Of a stretch of DNA of 64,000 nucleotides, positions 31,283-42,640 are shown piece after piece. The stretch is from Histomonas meleagridis 2922-C6/04-290x (taxonomy: Eukaryota; Protista; Parabasalia): positions 434,001-498,000 of the forward strand of contig JAANOX010000011.1 of assembly GCA_020184695.1 (NCBI GenBank), in the 5' to 3' direction. Every line of letters starts with the position of its first letter. Positions within the stretch are counted from its first letter, which is position 1. Below the pieces are notes generated by a model. That model was not told where the DNA came from and ran no database searches. It saw nothing but the letters and a program-made list of their open reading frames with translations. Both the position numbers and the translations under genes were made by a program.

Positions 31283-31858
31283 TTAACAACTGCACTGATT
31301 TGAATTTGCAGGTACTTTTGCATCATCAACAACAACGATTGGATCAGATTGAGGGCGCGAGATATCTGGAATCGATTCGCATATCAACTTAAAAAGTCTG
31401 GTCACATTTTGGCCAGTTTTTGCAGATGTTTCTATTGTTTGGATTGACAACGGCTTTGTAAATTCTGTAACTTTTTCATGTAGAACTTTGCTTTCGAGAT
31501 CGTTTTTATTTCCAACAAATATACATATTGCATCATTACCACGTTCACTAATAACTGTTTTATGCCACACTTTCGCTTCCTCAAATGTGTTTGGATCGGA
31601 TACGTCGTATACAATAACAGCAATATTTGAATCTCTGATATAAGAAGGTATTAAAGACTTAAATCTTTCCTGACCAGCAGTATCCCATATTTGAAGATCA
31701 ACAGTATGATCTCTGATTTGAATAGGTTTTGCAAAAAAATCGATACCAACAGTTGATGAATAATCTTTATCGAAGCTACTGGTCATAAACCTACTGATAA
31801 GTGAAGTTTTACCTGTGCCAGCTGCACCAAGAAATACAACTTTACACTTCGTTATCAT
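31283..31858 (-). CDS. Rab6-like small GTPase
   Basis: GAAGTGKTS, TVGIDF, WDTAGQERFKSLIPSYIRDS, GNKND, ETSAK and C-terminal CSC prenylation motif; the start could be the ATG at 31873. Confidence 0.93.
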   Translation of the reverse strand: MITKCKVVFLGAAGTGKTSLISRFMTSSFDKDYSSTVGIDFFAKPIQIRDHTVDLQIWDTAGQERFKSLIPSYIRDSNIAVIVYDVSDPNTFEEAKVWHKTVISERGNDAICIFVGNKNDLESKVLHEKVTEFTKPLSIQTIETSAKTGQNVTRLFKLICESIPDISRPQSDPIVVVDDAKVPANSNQCSC

Positions 31859-32534
31859 GAATATATTTAACATCACATGTCGTATGCAAACAAGAAAAAA
31901 TGTTTTGGGCAGTAATTTTTTTAAAAAAACTTATAAGTACGTAATTTACTTTGCACTCATTAACGACCTATGCTAAGCTTGTACCCCTCAATAAATATTA
32001 TTATTTTAATCAAATGAATAATAATGTGAATTTTAACATTATCACAACATTTGTAGTTTTTTATATTATTTGACATTAAGAAACAAAAGTTATATGAGTG
32101 TAAGAAAATGATAATGCAAAATCATCTTTTGATAATTCTTATTACATGAATATCTTCACAAACGACTTTCGCTCTCTCACAACATGTTAAATATTTCTGT
32201 AATTTTCTCAGTATTATTTATCTTGCAATTATGCAAGCAAAAAAGTTAAAAAATTAAATCCCACTTTTTACAAAGAAAATCAGCAAAAAATCACCAAACA
32301 CTCAACCATGTAAGGATGTCTCAGTTATGTCCAATGAGTCAATGACAAATGTATTATAAATAATTTGAAGTGATTAGTATTAAATTTAAGAAGTTATAAG
32401 TAAAGTCCTTCATAAAAAGTCATGTAATTAAAAATTGATAAATGATATTATAATAATTAATAATTATAATTTCGAAATGTGTATCCCCGCCACTAAGCCG
32501 TTTAAACGATTAACCGCCAAATGTGACCAATTTA

Positions 32535-34088
32535 ATGCCGCCAAAAGGGAAAGCTGTCAATGTGACTGCTAATATGCTTATTGATTGTAATGAAAAAATG
32601 GGTGGAACAGATTCTCCTGCTGAAAATGATTTCAAGCTCTTGCTTGCAGGTGCTTCAGCAAAATCAGATATTCAAGTAAGGCGTCTTTCAGCACAGCTTA
32701 TCCCTAGGTTTGCAGAAAAATTCCCAAAACAAATAAATGTTGCCGTTTCATCAATGGTTGAGCTTTCAAAAGATGATGATGACAATGTTAGGTTAACGGC
32801 TATAAAAGGAATTGTTAAATTCTATAATGATGACAAAGCGGCAGTAATTTCGGTTTTATTAAATGCGCTTGGCGATACTAATGAGAAAATTGTTGAATTT
32901 GTTGAACCTGTTGTCATAGAGCGCTTAGAAACAGACGAAGAATTCAAATCAATCTTTTCCAAATCTCTATCAAAACTAAAACCAGAGTCTCAATGTAAAA
33001 TGGTTGGTTATATCCGTGATAAAATCAAATTCACAGAAGAAACAGTTCCAGAGCTTCTTGAAGTAATTCAAATTGCGCTCAAGTCTTGTGTTGTTGAAGG
33101 TTTAAGATTGTATGGTAAGAATAAGAAATTAATTTCTGAAGAGCAATCTCAACCATTAATTGATGAGCTTCTTGAGCTTCTCGACAACTCACTTGAATCC
33201 AATTTTGATGAAGTTGTTAACAATCTTATGGTTCAAATTCTTCATTTCACTCGTACAATTGGCAATTATTCCACTACCAAATTATTAAACATTCTTACGA
33301 AGCGCGTCATGCCCAAATATGAGTCTCTTCCAATCGAGGTCAAAATTGCCGTTATTCAGAAGATTGCTGACGTCGCGCGTGACGTTGAAGGTGAGGAACT
33401 CATCAACGAAGTTTACAACAGGGTTTTCCTGAAATTACCAAAGAGCACCGATGAAGCGGTGAATTTCACTCTTGCTGAAGCGACTTTGTTTGCTTTCTAT
33501 CGTCTTGCTCAAAAATTCAGTAGTGCTGCCTCAAAATTGATAGGAACCGTTCTTGTTAGGACGGGGCAGCCTGATGAAGCCGATGATGTAAACGAAGATC
33601 AAGAAAAGCAAAACGAATTTCGTGAACGTCTTGAGAACTTACTCCAGTTGGCAGTCGCATTCGGTGATCAATATGGTATTAGGTTCAATGAGATCAGAAG
33701 TAGGAAAACGACAAATGAAGAAGAATCAGAACAAAAACGTAAAGATATGAAGAATTGTATTCGTGCACAGAAAACTGGTGCGAATATTAATAAGATTTGT
33801 CATTTATTGTTAGGAACAAATCCACTGACAACGAAATTTAAGGCAAGGCCTTCATGGGTTAAGAAGAATGTGAAAAAGTTCACTCGGCCATATAACGGAA
33901 GGAGAGAAAGCAATCGAAATAACTACAACAATTACAATAGGAATAATGGTAATAGAAACAATTATAACACTTATAATGGTAACAATAGAAACAATAACTA
34001 TAACAATAGGAATAATGGCGGAAGAAACAATTTTAGATTCAGGACTAACAGAAATGTCCAAAGAAACTATCGCGAAAGGAGAAACTAA
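32535..34088 (+). CDS. Apoptosis inhibitor 5 (API5)-like ARM/HEAT protein with N/R/Y-rich low-complexity tail
   Basis: RRLSAQLIPRFAEKFP...MVELSKDDDDNVRLTAIK matches the API5 N-terminus pattern. Confidence 0.75.
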   Translation: MPPKGKAVNVTANMLIDCNEKMGGTDSPAENDFKLLLAGASAKSDIQVRRLSAQLIPRFAEKFPKQINVAVSSMVELSKDDDDNVRLTAIKGIVKFYNDDKAAVISVLLNALGDTNEKIVEFVEPVVIERLETDEEFKSIFSKSLSKLKPESQCKMVGYIRDKIKFTEETVPELLEVIQIALKSCVVEGLRLYGKNKKLISEEQSQPLIDELLELLDNSLESNFDEVVNNLMVQILHFTRTIGNYSTTKLLNILTKRVMPKYESLPIEVKIAVIQKIADVARDVEGEELINEVYNRVFLKLPKSTDEAVNFTLAEATLFAFYRLAQKFSSAASKLIGTVLVRTGQPDEADDVNEDQEKQNEFRERLENLLQLAVAFGDQYGIRFNEIRSRKTTNEEESEQKRKDMKNCIRAQKTGANINKICHLLLGTNPLTTKFKARPSWVKKNVKKFTRPYNGRRESNRNNYNNYNRNNGNRNNYNTYNGNNRNNNYNNRNNGGRNNFRFRTNRNVQRNYRERRN

Positions 34089-34469
34089 AAGATATTTTAA
34101 AATGGTTTCATAAACAAAATAAGTTATAATTAAATTTGTTTTATTTAAAAGGTTTTGAGTATAATTTTTGATATAAATGGAAAATAGCAACAAATTCCAT
34201 TGGACATTTGCTTCTTTTCTTATTGATTTTAATAATATTTTCTGTAATTAAATATTTAAAGGTTCTTTATTACGTGAAACAGTCGGAATTTCGAAAAGAT
34301 TTAATGAATTTGGATTAATTTTATAAAAACAACAGGAAATGAAAATATTTCCTGTTTTGATAGATGTAATAATAATCACATCTTTGTTGAAATACACCCA
34401 ACTTTTATGATTTTTTCATAAAAAAAAAATAAACATCATTTCGATGGAATTCATTCGCTGTTTCATACG

Positions 34470-34880
34470 CATCTCTAAATTCTGATTGATTTCTTCATTT
34501 CCTACAGCAACTGCATATTTTTTTGTATATAAATTCTTCTGCTTTGTTCATAAGTAAATGCTTATAACATTTAACTAATCCAAAAAATGCAGCATAACCA
34601 ATTAATGAAATGTTACATTGATTGATAAATTCATGTCTTTAATAAAGTGATGGTTTAATTTTTTGATTAAAATTAAAATCTGCTTGTGATGATCTTTCTT
34701 GAAGTTTTTTGATTTCATCATTTGGAATTATTTTAGCAGATTCATTTGTTAACTACTTCTTTAATATATTCTTTGATAGCTCCTCATAAATATCAGTGAA
34801 TTATTCCGAAATAAAGCATCAACACTGTCTTTTATTTTGTTTTAAAGTTTCTAATTCAAATATTTCCAAATATTTCATCT
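34470..34880 (-). pseudogene. Degraded DUF3447-like fragment
   Basis: AKIIPNDEIKKLQERSSQADFNFNQKIKPSLY*RHEFINQCNISLIGYAAFFG with stops. Confidence 0.7.
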
Positions 34881-35212
34881 TATGTATTATGATGAATAAA
34901 ATAAATCGAATTTTTATTTTTATTTTTAATTATTTTCTTCAAGTACTTATTTTTATAGGATTGTGAAAGAACACAATTAGATTCTTGTGTTTGTAAATAA
35001 ATGAAAATTTGCAAAAATGTTAATGGGTTATTTATTGTAGTAAGTTAAGCTTAAAATATGTCAAAAAACAAGAAAAACTTTTAATTCAGCATCTGCTTTA
35101 TACACTTTTTCAATTATAAACCAAACACAAAAAACAATACAGATAACAGCACATTTAAATGCTTTGGGTTTAATTTAGTTTCATTATTTATTCATAACAG
35201 TAATATTATCAT

Positions 35213-35719
35213 TCAGATGGAATCCATTTTTGTTTCATTAGAAGATATATCCGAAAACTCTATTTGATCTGTTTCAAAAGCGAACTCGTCAGAAGACATT
35301 GAGTTTAATGATTCATCATTAAATTCATTAATTTTTTCATCATTAAATGATTGATTTTTCTCTAATATTTCTGATTTGTTTAGGTTGCAATCAGTAATTA
35401 GCTCATGGACCCATACGCCTTCTGTGTTTATTCCCAATTGTTTTATTATAGATTCATTTTTAAAATCAGTTGAATTATTAATCTCTGATTCCGCTGAATT
35501 AAGTGAAAATTTCATTGATTTTTCTTTTAAATATTGAAAAACAATCATTGTTGCAATTTTATATGAAATTGTTTTCTTTAAGTTAGGATATGATTTAAGA
35601 ATATTATCTTCACCTTGTGAAGCTTGCGAGATCAAAGAAATATAATGTGCTCTTATATGATTAATTATTCCATTTTCCTTCATTTTAGAAATTACTTTTT
35701 TTTTTGTATTTGCTTCCAT
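35213..35719 (-). CDS. LisH/FOP-like dimerisation domain protein
   Basis: MKENGIINHIRAHY and IVFQYLKEKSMKFSLNSAESE resemble the FOP/TON1-type N-terminus and LisH motif; acidic tail. Confidence 0.55.
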   Translation of the reverse strand: MEANTKKKVISKMKENGIINHIRAHYISLISQASQGEDNILKSYPNLKKTISYKIATMIVFQYLKEKSMKFSLNSAESEINNSTDFKNESIIKQLGINTEGVWVHELITDCNLNKSEILEKNQSFNDEKINEFNDESLNSMSSDEFAFETDQIEFSDISSNETKMDSI

Positions 35720-35798
35720 TTAAAATGGATAAATTTTAAACGTTCATATTATTTATTATTGTATAATTTTGTATATTCAAAAATTTTTGTTAGTGTAA

Positions 35799-35869
35799 GC
35801 ATCGCTGGTCTAATGGTAGAATTTCAGCTTGCCAAGCTGGGGGTCCGGGTCCGATTCCCGGGCGATGCA
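35799..35869 (+). tRNA. tRNA-Gly(GCC)
   Basis: GCATCGC acceptor stem pairs with GCGATGC; anticodon arm TCAGC-TTGCCAA-GCTGG; T arm CCGGG-TCCGATT-CCCGG; oligo-T terminator downstream. Confidence 0.92.
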
Positions 35870-36057
35870 ATTTTTTCAAAAATTCATTTTCTTTTTTTCA
35901 GATATCAAATGTTGAAAAATATTAATTCTTGAAGAATTCAGATATCAAATGTTTGTGATAAATTTTTTTCAGACATTTAAATTTAGAACAAACAAAATAT
36001 AATACCAACAAATTTATTAACAACATCACACGCAAATTTTTCAGAAGTATCCAATTG

Positions 36058-38712
36058 TTATCTTCTTCTTCTTCTCTGTAAAGTTGCCACACCAATTGTA
36101 GCGCTTCTATTTGTATGAAATGGCTCGTCATCATTTGATTCTATTTCTGGCACCAGCGGCAATTTTTCTATTTCATTGCAATAGCATACACCCGAATACT
36201 TTGCTTCAGGATGGAAGAACACCACTATAACGCTCACGTTATCCATACTTCCATTAGCAATTGCAGCATTCTTTAATGACGTTGCAGCGTCTTGAGGACT
36301 TTTTGCGTTCACAAATATTTTATATGCTTCTTCATTTGTTAACACATCCCAAACTCCATCGCATGCTACGATTAAACCAATTTCTTCATCATCGATTTGA
36401 TAACTTTTCACTTTCGGCTTAATGAATAATCCATCGCCACACCATAAGTCACCAATTGCTCTTGACAAAGCTAATTTCCGTTTAACTCTTCCATCGATTA
36501 CACCCAATAATAATCGTTTTAATCGATTATATTCATGTTTAATTGTTGCCTTTTGATCTTTAGTTATTTGTTCAAAACCATTTTTCTTTATCCGTAAAAT
36601 TCGGGAATCACCAATTGAACCTATATAACATATGTTATCATATACAAATGTTACTGCTGCTGTACATCCATCGATTAAATTTTGTGATTTAACTTCGTTT
36701 TGAATATGTTCGAAACAATCGGAAAACTTTTGTTCATTTTTGGTGCGGATTAAACTTTTGACTTCTGTTAACATCATTTCGCTGGCTAAATATGACGTGT
36801 TAGAGCCTGCATGACCATCGAATATACCGAAGAGTGAAAAGTTGTTATCATTATATATTGTGAAGTTATCTTCCATTGTTTGACGTAAGCCAACTGTTGA
36901 TGAATAACCAATTCCATAAGAACCTTTTGTAATTATATTTTCATTTGTTATGACTTTAAGTCGATTATTTTTATTTGTTATATTAAATGATGATAATGAA
37001 TTATTAAATATTTCTAAAAATTCAAAATTCAGAAAGTTTTCAAATGGATTTATAATTGTTTCTAATGAACATGTTAATTTATTTGTTGATAATGATAAAA
37101 AATGTAATGTCGAATTAATATTAATGATTGAAAACGTTTCAAGTAAATTATTATCTAATATTAATGATATTATTGATGGCAATTCAATGCTTTCGAACTT
37201 TTTAAGTAAATTATATGATAAATCTAATAAATAAAGTGATTTAGGAAACTTATAATTAATCGGAATTTCATTAATTAAATTATGTGATAAGTTTAAAAAA
37301 CGTAATGTACTAATGTCTTGAATAGCTGTAGGTAATGATTCTAAATGATTATTAGAGACATCAATTGTCTTCAAAAAGAAAAATGATGATAAACATGCTG
37401 GAAGTGATGTTAAATTATTCCCTGAGAGACATAATGTACGGATGGATGGAAAAGACATAACAACTTTGGGTACTTTTTCAAATTTGTTGTTGTTTAAATA
37501 TAAATCTTGAATTCGTCTTGCAGATGATAGAGAGTGAGGTAAATCTTTCAAATTATTCGACGATAGGTTAACGGTCACCAAAAACGAGCAGTTTGCAAAA
37601 CAATCAGGAAGTTCATCAAGCTCATTAAATGATAAGTTAAGTTCACGGATCAAATGTGAATTAAACTCGGGTATTGACTTAAGTTTGTTATTATTTAATA
37701 TTAGTTTTTCAAGTGTTTTAGATTTCAACATACTTGGTGGCAAAGATTCAAGCTTATTATTGGATAATATTATTTGGGTAAAGTGAAGATTATCAGGAAA
37801 ACAATTTTCAATACTTTGGATTTGATTATGAGATAAATTTATTATTGTTAGATTTTGACAAGAAGAAATGAACTTATGTGATAACTTTGTAATTTTATTC
37901 TTAGAAAGATCAAGAATTGAAAGATTAGAAGGAATTACAAAATCAATTTCAGAAATGTTATTATTAATAAGAGATATATACCTAAAACTTTCAAATTCAA
38001 TAACACTAAGAGGGAAATCTTTAAATAAACAAGAATTTAACATAAGAGTTTGTGATGGAGTTAAATTACAAATAGATTCAGCATTGTTCATTCCTAAATT
38101 TAAAATACGTAGTGGATGAGAAAGTTGTGGAAAATCAATCTCTGTAAGATCGTTTCCAAATAATGAAACTTCTTCTAGCTTTTGGAAACATGAAAATGAT
38201 TTTGGAATGGATTGAATAAAATTGCATTCTAATGAAATGATTCGGATTGTACTTTTCCAAGACGGTTCTCTTTCTGGTATCTTTTCGATTTTGCAATTAG
38301 CAAGCTTGAGTATTTCTAATCTTGGACATTTTAAATTCCAAATTGATTCTATATCAATTCCAATGTTAAATGATAAATCTAATGTGGTTAGTATATTCGG
38401 GAGCTGACATCCAATACGTTCAATCTTGTTAAAACTAAGATCTAAAGTTTGAAGGTTTGGATAGTTCGATATGTTTTCTTTGTCAATATCCTCGAAAACA
38501 TTGTTGGATAAATCTAATGAGTTGATATTTTTATAAGATGATAAACCTATAGGAAGAGATTTTAATTGGCATTGACAAAATTTTGCTTTTGAAATTTGCG
38601 GAATCAAATCTTCTTTTACTGGTATTTTGTCCATTTGATAATTCACGAAATCAAAACAAGAAAGTTTTGTTTTTTCGAAGAAATCGATGGGTAAAATCTT
38701 TGGTTTGCTCAT
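36058..38712 (-). CDS. Leucine-rich repeat plus PP2C phosphatase domain protein
   Basis: About 20 LxxLxLSxNxL repeats, then GLRQTMED, GIFDGHAG, GDSR, LSRAIGD, ACDGVWDV and DNVSV motifs. Confidence 0.92.
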   Translation of the reverse strand: MSKPKILPIDFFEKTKLSCFDFVNYQMDKIPVKEDLIPQISKAKFCQCQLKSLPIGLSSYKNINSLDLSNNVFEDIDKENISNYPNLQTLDLSFNKIERIGCQLPNILTTLDLSFNIGIDIESIWNLKCPRLEILKLANCKIEKIPEREPSWKSTIRIISLECNFIQSIPKSFSCFQKLEEVSLFGNDLTEIDFPQLSHPLRILNLGMNNAESICNLTPSQTLMLNSCLFKDFPLSVIEFESFRYISLINNNISEIDFVIPSNLSILDLSKNKITKLSHKFISSCQNLTIINLSHNQIQSIENCFPDNLHFTQIILSNNKLESLPPSMLKSKTLEKLILNNNKLKSIPEFNSHLIRELNLSFNELDELPDCFANCSFLVTVNLSSNNLKDLPHSLSSARRIQDLYLNNNKFEKVPKVVMSFPSIRTLCLSGNNLTSLPACLSSFFFLKTIDVSNNHLESLPTAIQDISTLRFLNLSHNLINEIPINYKFPKSLYLLDLSYNLLKKFESIELPSIISLILDNNLLETFSIININSTLHFLSLSTNKLTCSLETIINPFENFLNFEFLEIFNNSLSSFNITNKNNRLKVITNENIITKGSYGIGYSSTVGLRQTMEDNFTIYNDNNFSLFGIFDGHAGSNTSYLASEMMLTEVKSLIRTKNEQKFSDCFEHIQNEVKSQNLIDGCTAAVTFVYDNICYIGSIGDSRILRIKKNGFEQITKDQKATIKHEYNRLKRLLLGVIDGRVKRKLALSRAIGDLWCGDGLFIKPKVKSYQIDDEEIGLIVACDGVWDVLTNEEAYKIFVNAKSPQDAATSLKNAAIANGSMDNVSVIVVFFHPEAKYSGVCYCNEIEKLPLVPEIESNDDEPFHTNRSATIGVATLQRRRRR

Positions 38713-38867
38713 TTTTGACTGGGTGTTAACGTATTTTAAAACAAATTTCTGAAAAGAATTTTTATTAATTTCTCAAATATTCAAGAAAAAACGATCATCT
38801 AATTAGCCCACAGAAAAAATTTTTTGTGTTATAAACCTAACAAAAAGTTAAATACTGACAGCTTCCA

Positions 38868-39461
38868 ATGGAAGAGCAAAGAAAACAAATCAAAGCAGCA
38901 TGGGATATGGCCCGCTTTAATGACCTTGAAAATCTTCAAAAAATAGTTTCCAAAAGTTCATCTATCGATCCAAATGCACGAATTTATGAAGATGGAATTG
39001 ACCCTCAAACACTTCTTCAAATTGCTTCTTTTTCCAATGCTGTAAGCTGCATTGAATATCTCATTTCTCAAGGTGCTAATGTTGAACAACGTAATTTTAA
39101 CGGATATACAGCTCTTCATTTTGCTGCTTATACCGGAAGCGTTGAAGCAATTCAAGTATTAGCTTCAAACTTTGCTAATGTAGAATGTAGGACAATTGAT
39201 GGAAAAACACCATTACATATTGCTTCTGCTCGAGGTCATTATGCAGCAGCCAAGCAATTAATCACTTGTAAGGCAAAAGTCAATGCATGCGATTGTGAAG
39301 GAGCAACGCCCCTTTTTCATGCAATTATTGGTAACCACCAAAACGTTGCAAAATTATTATTAGAAAATAAAGCTGATCCTTACCATATGAACGCAGATAA
39401 AGCAACAGCTTCTTTGATTGCAGCACAGTATGGTCGCACATGGTTTAGTCCAGAGATGTGA
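38868..39461 (+). CDS. Small ankyrin-repeat protein with uninterrupted canonical hairpins
   Basis: NFNGYTALH, TIDGKTPLH and DCEGATPLF read continuously in one ORF. Confidence 0.92.
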   Translation: MEEQRKQIKAAWDMARFNDLENLQKIVSKSSSIDPNARIYEDGIDPQTLLQIASFSNAVSCIEYLISQGANVEQRNFNGYTALHFAAYTGSVEAIQVLASNFANVECRTIDGKTPLHIASARGHYAAAKQLITCKAKVNACDCEGATPLFHAIIGNHQNVAKLLLENKADPYHMNADKATASLIAAQYGRTWFSPEM

Positions 39462-39623
39462 ATAAATATGATTTTAAAAAAATTTAATATATCAACAGAA
39501 ATCATTATCAATTAATTTATTAGATCATATTTTGTATAAAAGTTCTTAAAATATACAATTTGAATTGCTTTTTACTTTTTTTTGCTTCAAGAAAATTTTA
39601 ACGTACAAAATATCCAACGAAAA

Positions 39624-40004
39624 ATGTTTGATTCATATCAGAATGATTTTTGGGAAATGCAAAATGCACACCAAAGAAGACTTAACTTTCTACACTTTAA
39701 TAATTATTTGGAAAATAAAACAAAAAGCACAAAAAAAGTTTTAGATAATCCAAATTTTATATCTGATGAAGAGCTTAAATTACTACAAGAAGAAAAGGAA
39801 CTTATAAAAGTGTTAAAAATGGAAGAAAGAATGCTTCAAAAAACCCAAGAAAATGTTGAAAATGAATTAAACAAATGCAAGAAAATGCTGGAAATATTTC
39901 AATATCAAAGAAAACAAAGGCTAAAGGAAAAATATACAGAAAATCAAAAGAAAAAAGAAAGCATTCAAAACTCTATTTCAAATTTTTCATTTAAAAAAAA
40001 ATAA
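39624..40004 (+). CDS. Hypothetical coiled-coil protein
   Basis: E/K/Q/L heptad-rich ORF; first ATG at 39624. Confidence 0.45.
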   Translation: MFDSYQNDFWEMQNAHQRRLNFLHFNNYLENKTKSTKKVLDNPNFISDEELKLLQEEKELIKVLKMEERMLQKTQENVENELNKCKKMLEIFQYQRKQRLKEKYTENQKKKESIQNSISNFSFKKK

Positions 40005-40225
40005 AAGACTATTTCTTTATATGCTTAGTGAAGAAAAATAGCTGCACGCTTTAATTTTTATTGCCATGATTGTTTAAGGAACGTATACATTCAAAAAATT
40101 ATATTTTAAATCCACTTATACTGTTAACAATAACAACTGCTCCAACAGCCTTAATCATTTATACTCATTGTTTTGTAGAAAAAACGTGTATCGTGCATTA
40201 ATAAAGTGAATATATTCCTTGTTTA

Positions 40226-40573
40226 TTATTTTCTTTCTGCGATTAACTTGATATTGTAATTTTCTGTTTTTATGCCAGCGTGGAGAAGAATTTCGCGAAG
40301 TGCGGCTTCTGGAACTTCGATAGGATAATATCTCCTTTTATTGAACACATTTCTGTCTGTTTTCTTGTTGTTGGAAGTCTTGAATTTTTTTTGTTGAGGC
40401 TCTTTTCTATTTCTGCGTTCATTTAGGTTGTGTTTTTCATTTTTTGGTTTATTAGTTTTCATTCGTGCTTTCACAATTTCATCAAGGTCCATGTCAAGTT
40501 CAGGCATATCTTCCTTTGACGCTGTAATTGTGGATGTCGGCATATGAAAGGTGAATCCTTGGAATGTTGCCAT
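40226..40573 (-). CDS. Small basic protein with an LDMDLDEIVK motif resembling the Aly/REF UAP56-binding motif
   Basis: ATG ORF head-to-head with the bromodomain gene; similarity limited to this motif. Confidence 0.5.
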   Translation of the reverse strand: MATFQGFTFHMPTSTITASKEDMPELDMDLDEIVKARMKTNKPKNEKHNLNERRNRKEPQQKKFKTSNNKKTDRNVFNKRRYYPIEVPEAALREILLHAGIKTENYNIKLIAERK

Positions 40574-40667
40574 AGCAACTATAGTTCAAATAATACGATA
40601 GGCGCCAACGCACAATTTCACTAAGCGTGTTTGAATATACCTTTGCAAAATCGTTTTTCATTAGCGA

Positions 40668-41126
40668 ATGGATAGTTTCACAAGAGTTGAACTTGAATTT
40701 TGCAAAGAAGTTACAGAGAAGCTCTTTAAACATCCACTAGCAATTGCATTCCTTCGCCCAGTCAATCCACAAGTAGATGACGCACCGAATTATTTCCAAA
40801 AGATTCAACATCCAATGGACCTCGGTACAATAAAAGCAAATTTGGACAATAACGTTTATGCAAATTCAACAGCATGGAGTAAGGATATTCGATTAGTTTG
40901 GGATAACGCAAAATTATATAATGATAAGAAAACACTCATTCATCAGGCTGCTGATAAATTAAAAAATAAATGCGATAAAATGCTTAAAGTAATTCCAAAG
41001 ACAGAACCAGAATTATGGTCGTTACGGGTTGCCAAGATTAATCAAAAGCTCAAAGCTTTCTTAAGTGAACCACCACCAGAAGAAAGCATTCTCCCTCGGA
41101 AAAAAGAGCTCGCTCTTAAACAATAA
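40668..41126 (+). CDS. Single bromodomain protein
   Basis: FLRPVNP, YFQKIQHPMDLGTI, VWDNAKLYN. Confidence 0.93.
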   Translation: MDSFTRVELEFCKEVTEKLFKHPLAIAFLRPVNPQVDDAPNYFQKIQHPMDLGTIKANLDNNVYANSTAWSKDIRLVWDNAKLYNDKKTLIHQAADKLKNKCDKMLKVIPKTEPELWSLRVAKINQKLKAFLSEPPPEESILPRKKELALKQ

Positions 41127-41513
41127 AATGTTTAAATTAACACTAAATTAATTTTTAATCTATAGAATGATTCAACATTGTTCGTTCTCTTCAAAAACTG
41201 TGCACAATAAATTCATGTATGTAATTACATATTGTGAAATATTTTATTTTCAAGTATCAAAATAGGTAGAATTTAAGTTTAATAACATGTTATTTTCATA
41301 AAATGAGAAAATTATTCTAAAATATTAAATTTCAGTAATTTCCGTTTTCGAAAAATAATTGAGAAATTAGAATGAAGATAATTTACCTGCACTCATCTGA
41401 TTGAGAAAGAGCCCACGTAAAACGTTCAGCTAATTGGTCAAAAAGTTATGAAAAGCACTTTTATAACATGTAAAGCTATGAAAATACCCAGAAAAAATCG
41501 CTTTCTCCTAAGA

Positions 41514-42128
41514 ATGGGATGTGGATCAGCCAGAGTTGCAAACAAAGAAGCAGTTGACCAAGCCAAGATAGATCAATGTGTGTTGGACCTAAAAGTAGCT
41601 CGTGATAGACTTAAAAAATATCAAAATCAACAAGAAAGAACCTCTGAACTTGAACTTCAAAAAGCTAAGGAACTTATAGCAAAGAAGTCGATTGAACGTG
41701 CTAAGCTTGTTCTTAGACAAAGGAAGCAACGCGAAACCTTAATAATGAATGCAGAAAAGATGCTCGCAAATGTTGAAAATCAAATCAATAATGTTGAAAC
41801 GAAGCAAATTCAAATGGACGTTATGAATAACATCAAAGAAACTAATGCAATTCTTAAGCAAATGAATGATCTTATGCCAATAGAAGAAGTTGAAGCTATT
41901 ATGGATGAGAATGAAGAACAAACAGAACGCCTCAATGAAATCACTGGACTTTTAACACAGAACATGTCTAAAGTTGATGAAGATGAATGCGAAGCAGAAT
42001 ATGAGAAAATGTACAGAGAAATGATGGGTGGCGAAGAACAAACAGAACAAGAACAAACAGAGCAAGAACAAGAAGAACCCGAAGAGGAAGAATCGGAACA
42101 ACCACAGAGAGTTGCTATGATGGCTTAG
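41514..42128 (+). CDS. VPS20: ESCRT-III subunit, Vps20/CHMP6-like
   Basis: N-terminal MG myristoylation site, VLDLKVARDRLKKYQ, Snf7-type coiled coil and acidic tail. Confidence 0.85.
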   Translation: MGCGSARVANKEAVDQAKIDQCVLDLKVARDRLKKYQNQQERTSELELQKAKELIAKKSIERAKLVLRQRKQRETLIMNAEKMLANVENQINNVETKQIQMDVMNNIKETNAILKQMNDLMPIEEVEAIMDENEEQTERLNEITGLLTQNMSKVDEDECEAEYEKMYREMMGGEEQTEQEQTEQEQEEPEEEESEQPQRVAMMA

Positions 42129-42164
42129 CAAATTTGATATTAAAAAATTTAATTTAAGTTTTCT

Positions 42165-42629
42165 TTAGAACTTCATAAGGTGTGGACGATCTCCTGGCTT
42201 AAGTGTGAAGGTAGATTTGAGGTACTCGGTCATCTCTGGAATCTTTTGTGCAGCAGCATCGATGGCAGCAGCTGAACCAGCTTCATCAACATTGCCAATT
42301 TCGAGCTTGGTTGATGTGGCAATCAAGAAGTCTTGATCAACTTCAACTGGCTTTATAGCTGGTCCATTAATTTTAACAATACCGTTTCCGTTATCAGCAA
42401 TAACAACACCACGTTTTCCTTTGAATTCACCATCAAGAATAATAACAATAGTACCAATTTGGATGGAAGAACGTGTTTTCCTTTCTGGAACAGGGATTTC
42501 TTCTGGTTTGATTGGGTCAATTTCTGCTGCAACAGCTGGACGTGTTAAGGCAACACGTGGAATTCCGTGCCATGTTGGCTTCCTTGGATCTTTCTTTTGT
42601 ATTGGTGCAATGAAGAGGAGTTCAGCCAT
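42165..42629 (-). CDS. RPL6: 60S ribosomal protein L6 (eL6)
   Basis: RSSIQIGTIVIILDGEFKGKRGVVI, NGP, QDFLIATSTK and C-terminal YLKSTFTLKPGDRPHLMKF. Confidence 0.9.
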   Translation of the reverse strand: MAELLFIAPIQKKDPRKPTWHGIPRVALTRPAVAAEIDPIKPEEIPVPERKTRSSIQIGTIVIILDGEFKGKRGVVIADNGNGIVKINGPAIKPVEVDQDFLIATSTKLEIGNVDEAGSAAAIDAAAQKIPEMTEYLKSTFTLKPGDRPHLMKF

Positions 42630-42635
42630 TTTGCA

Positions 42636-42640
42636 AAAGG
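42636..42640 (-). promoter_or_regulatory. M5-like (CCTTT) core promoter element upstream of RPL6
   Basis: CCTTT ends 6 nt upstream of the ATG; CCTTT is the known alternative initiator of trichomonad ribosomal-protein genes. Confidence 0.5.
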
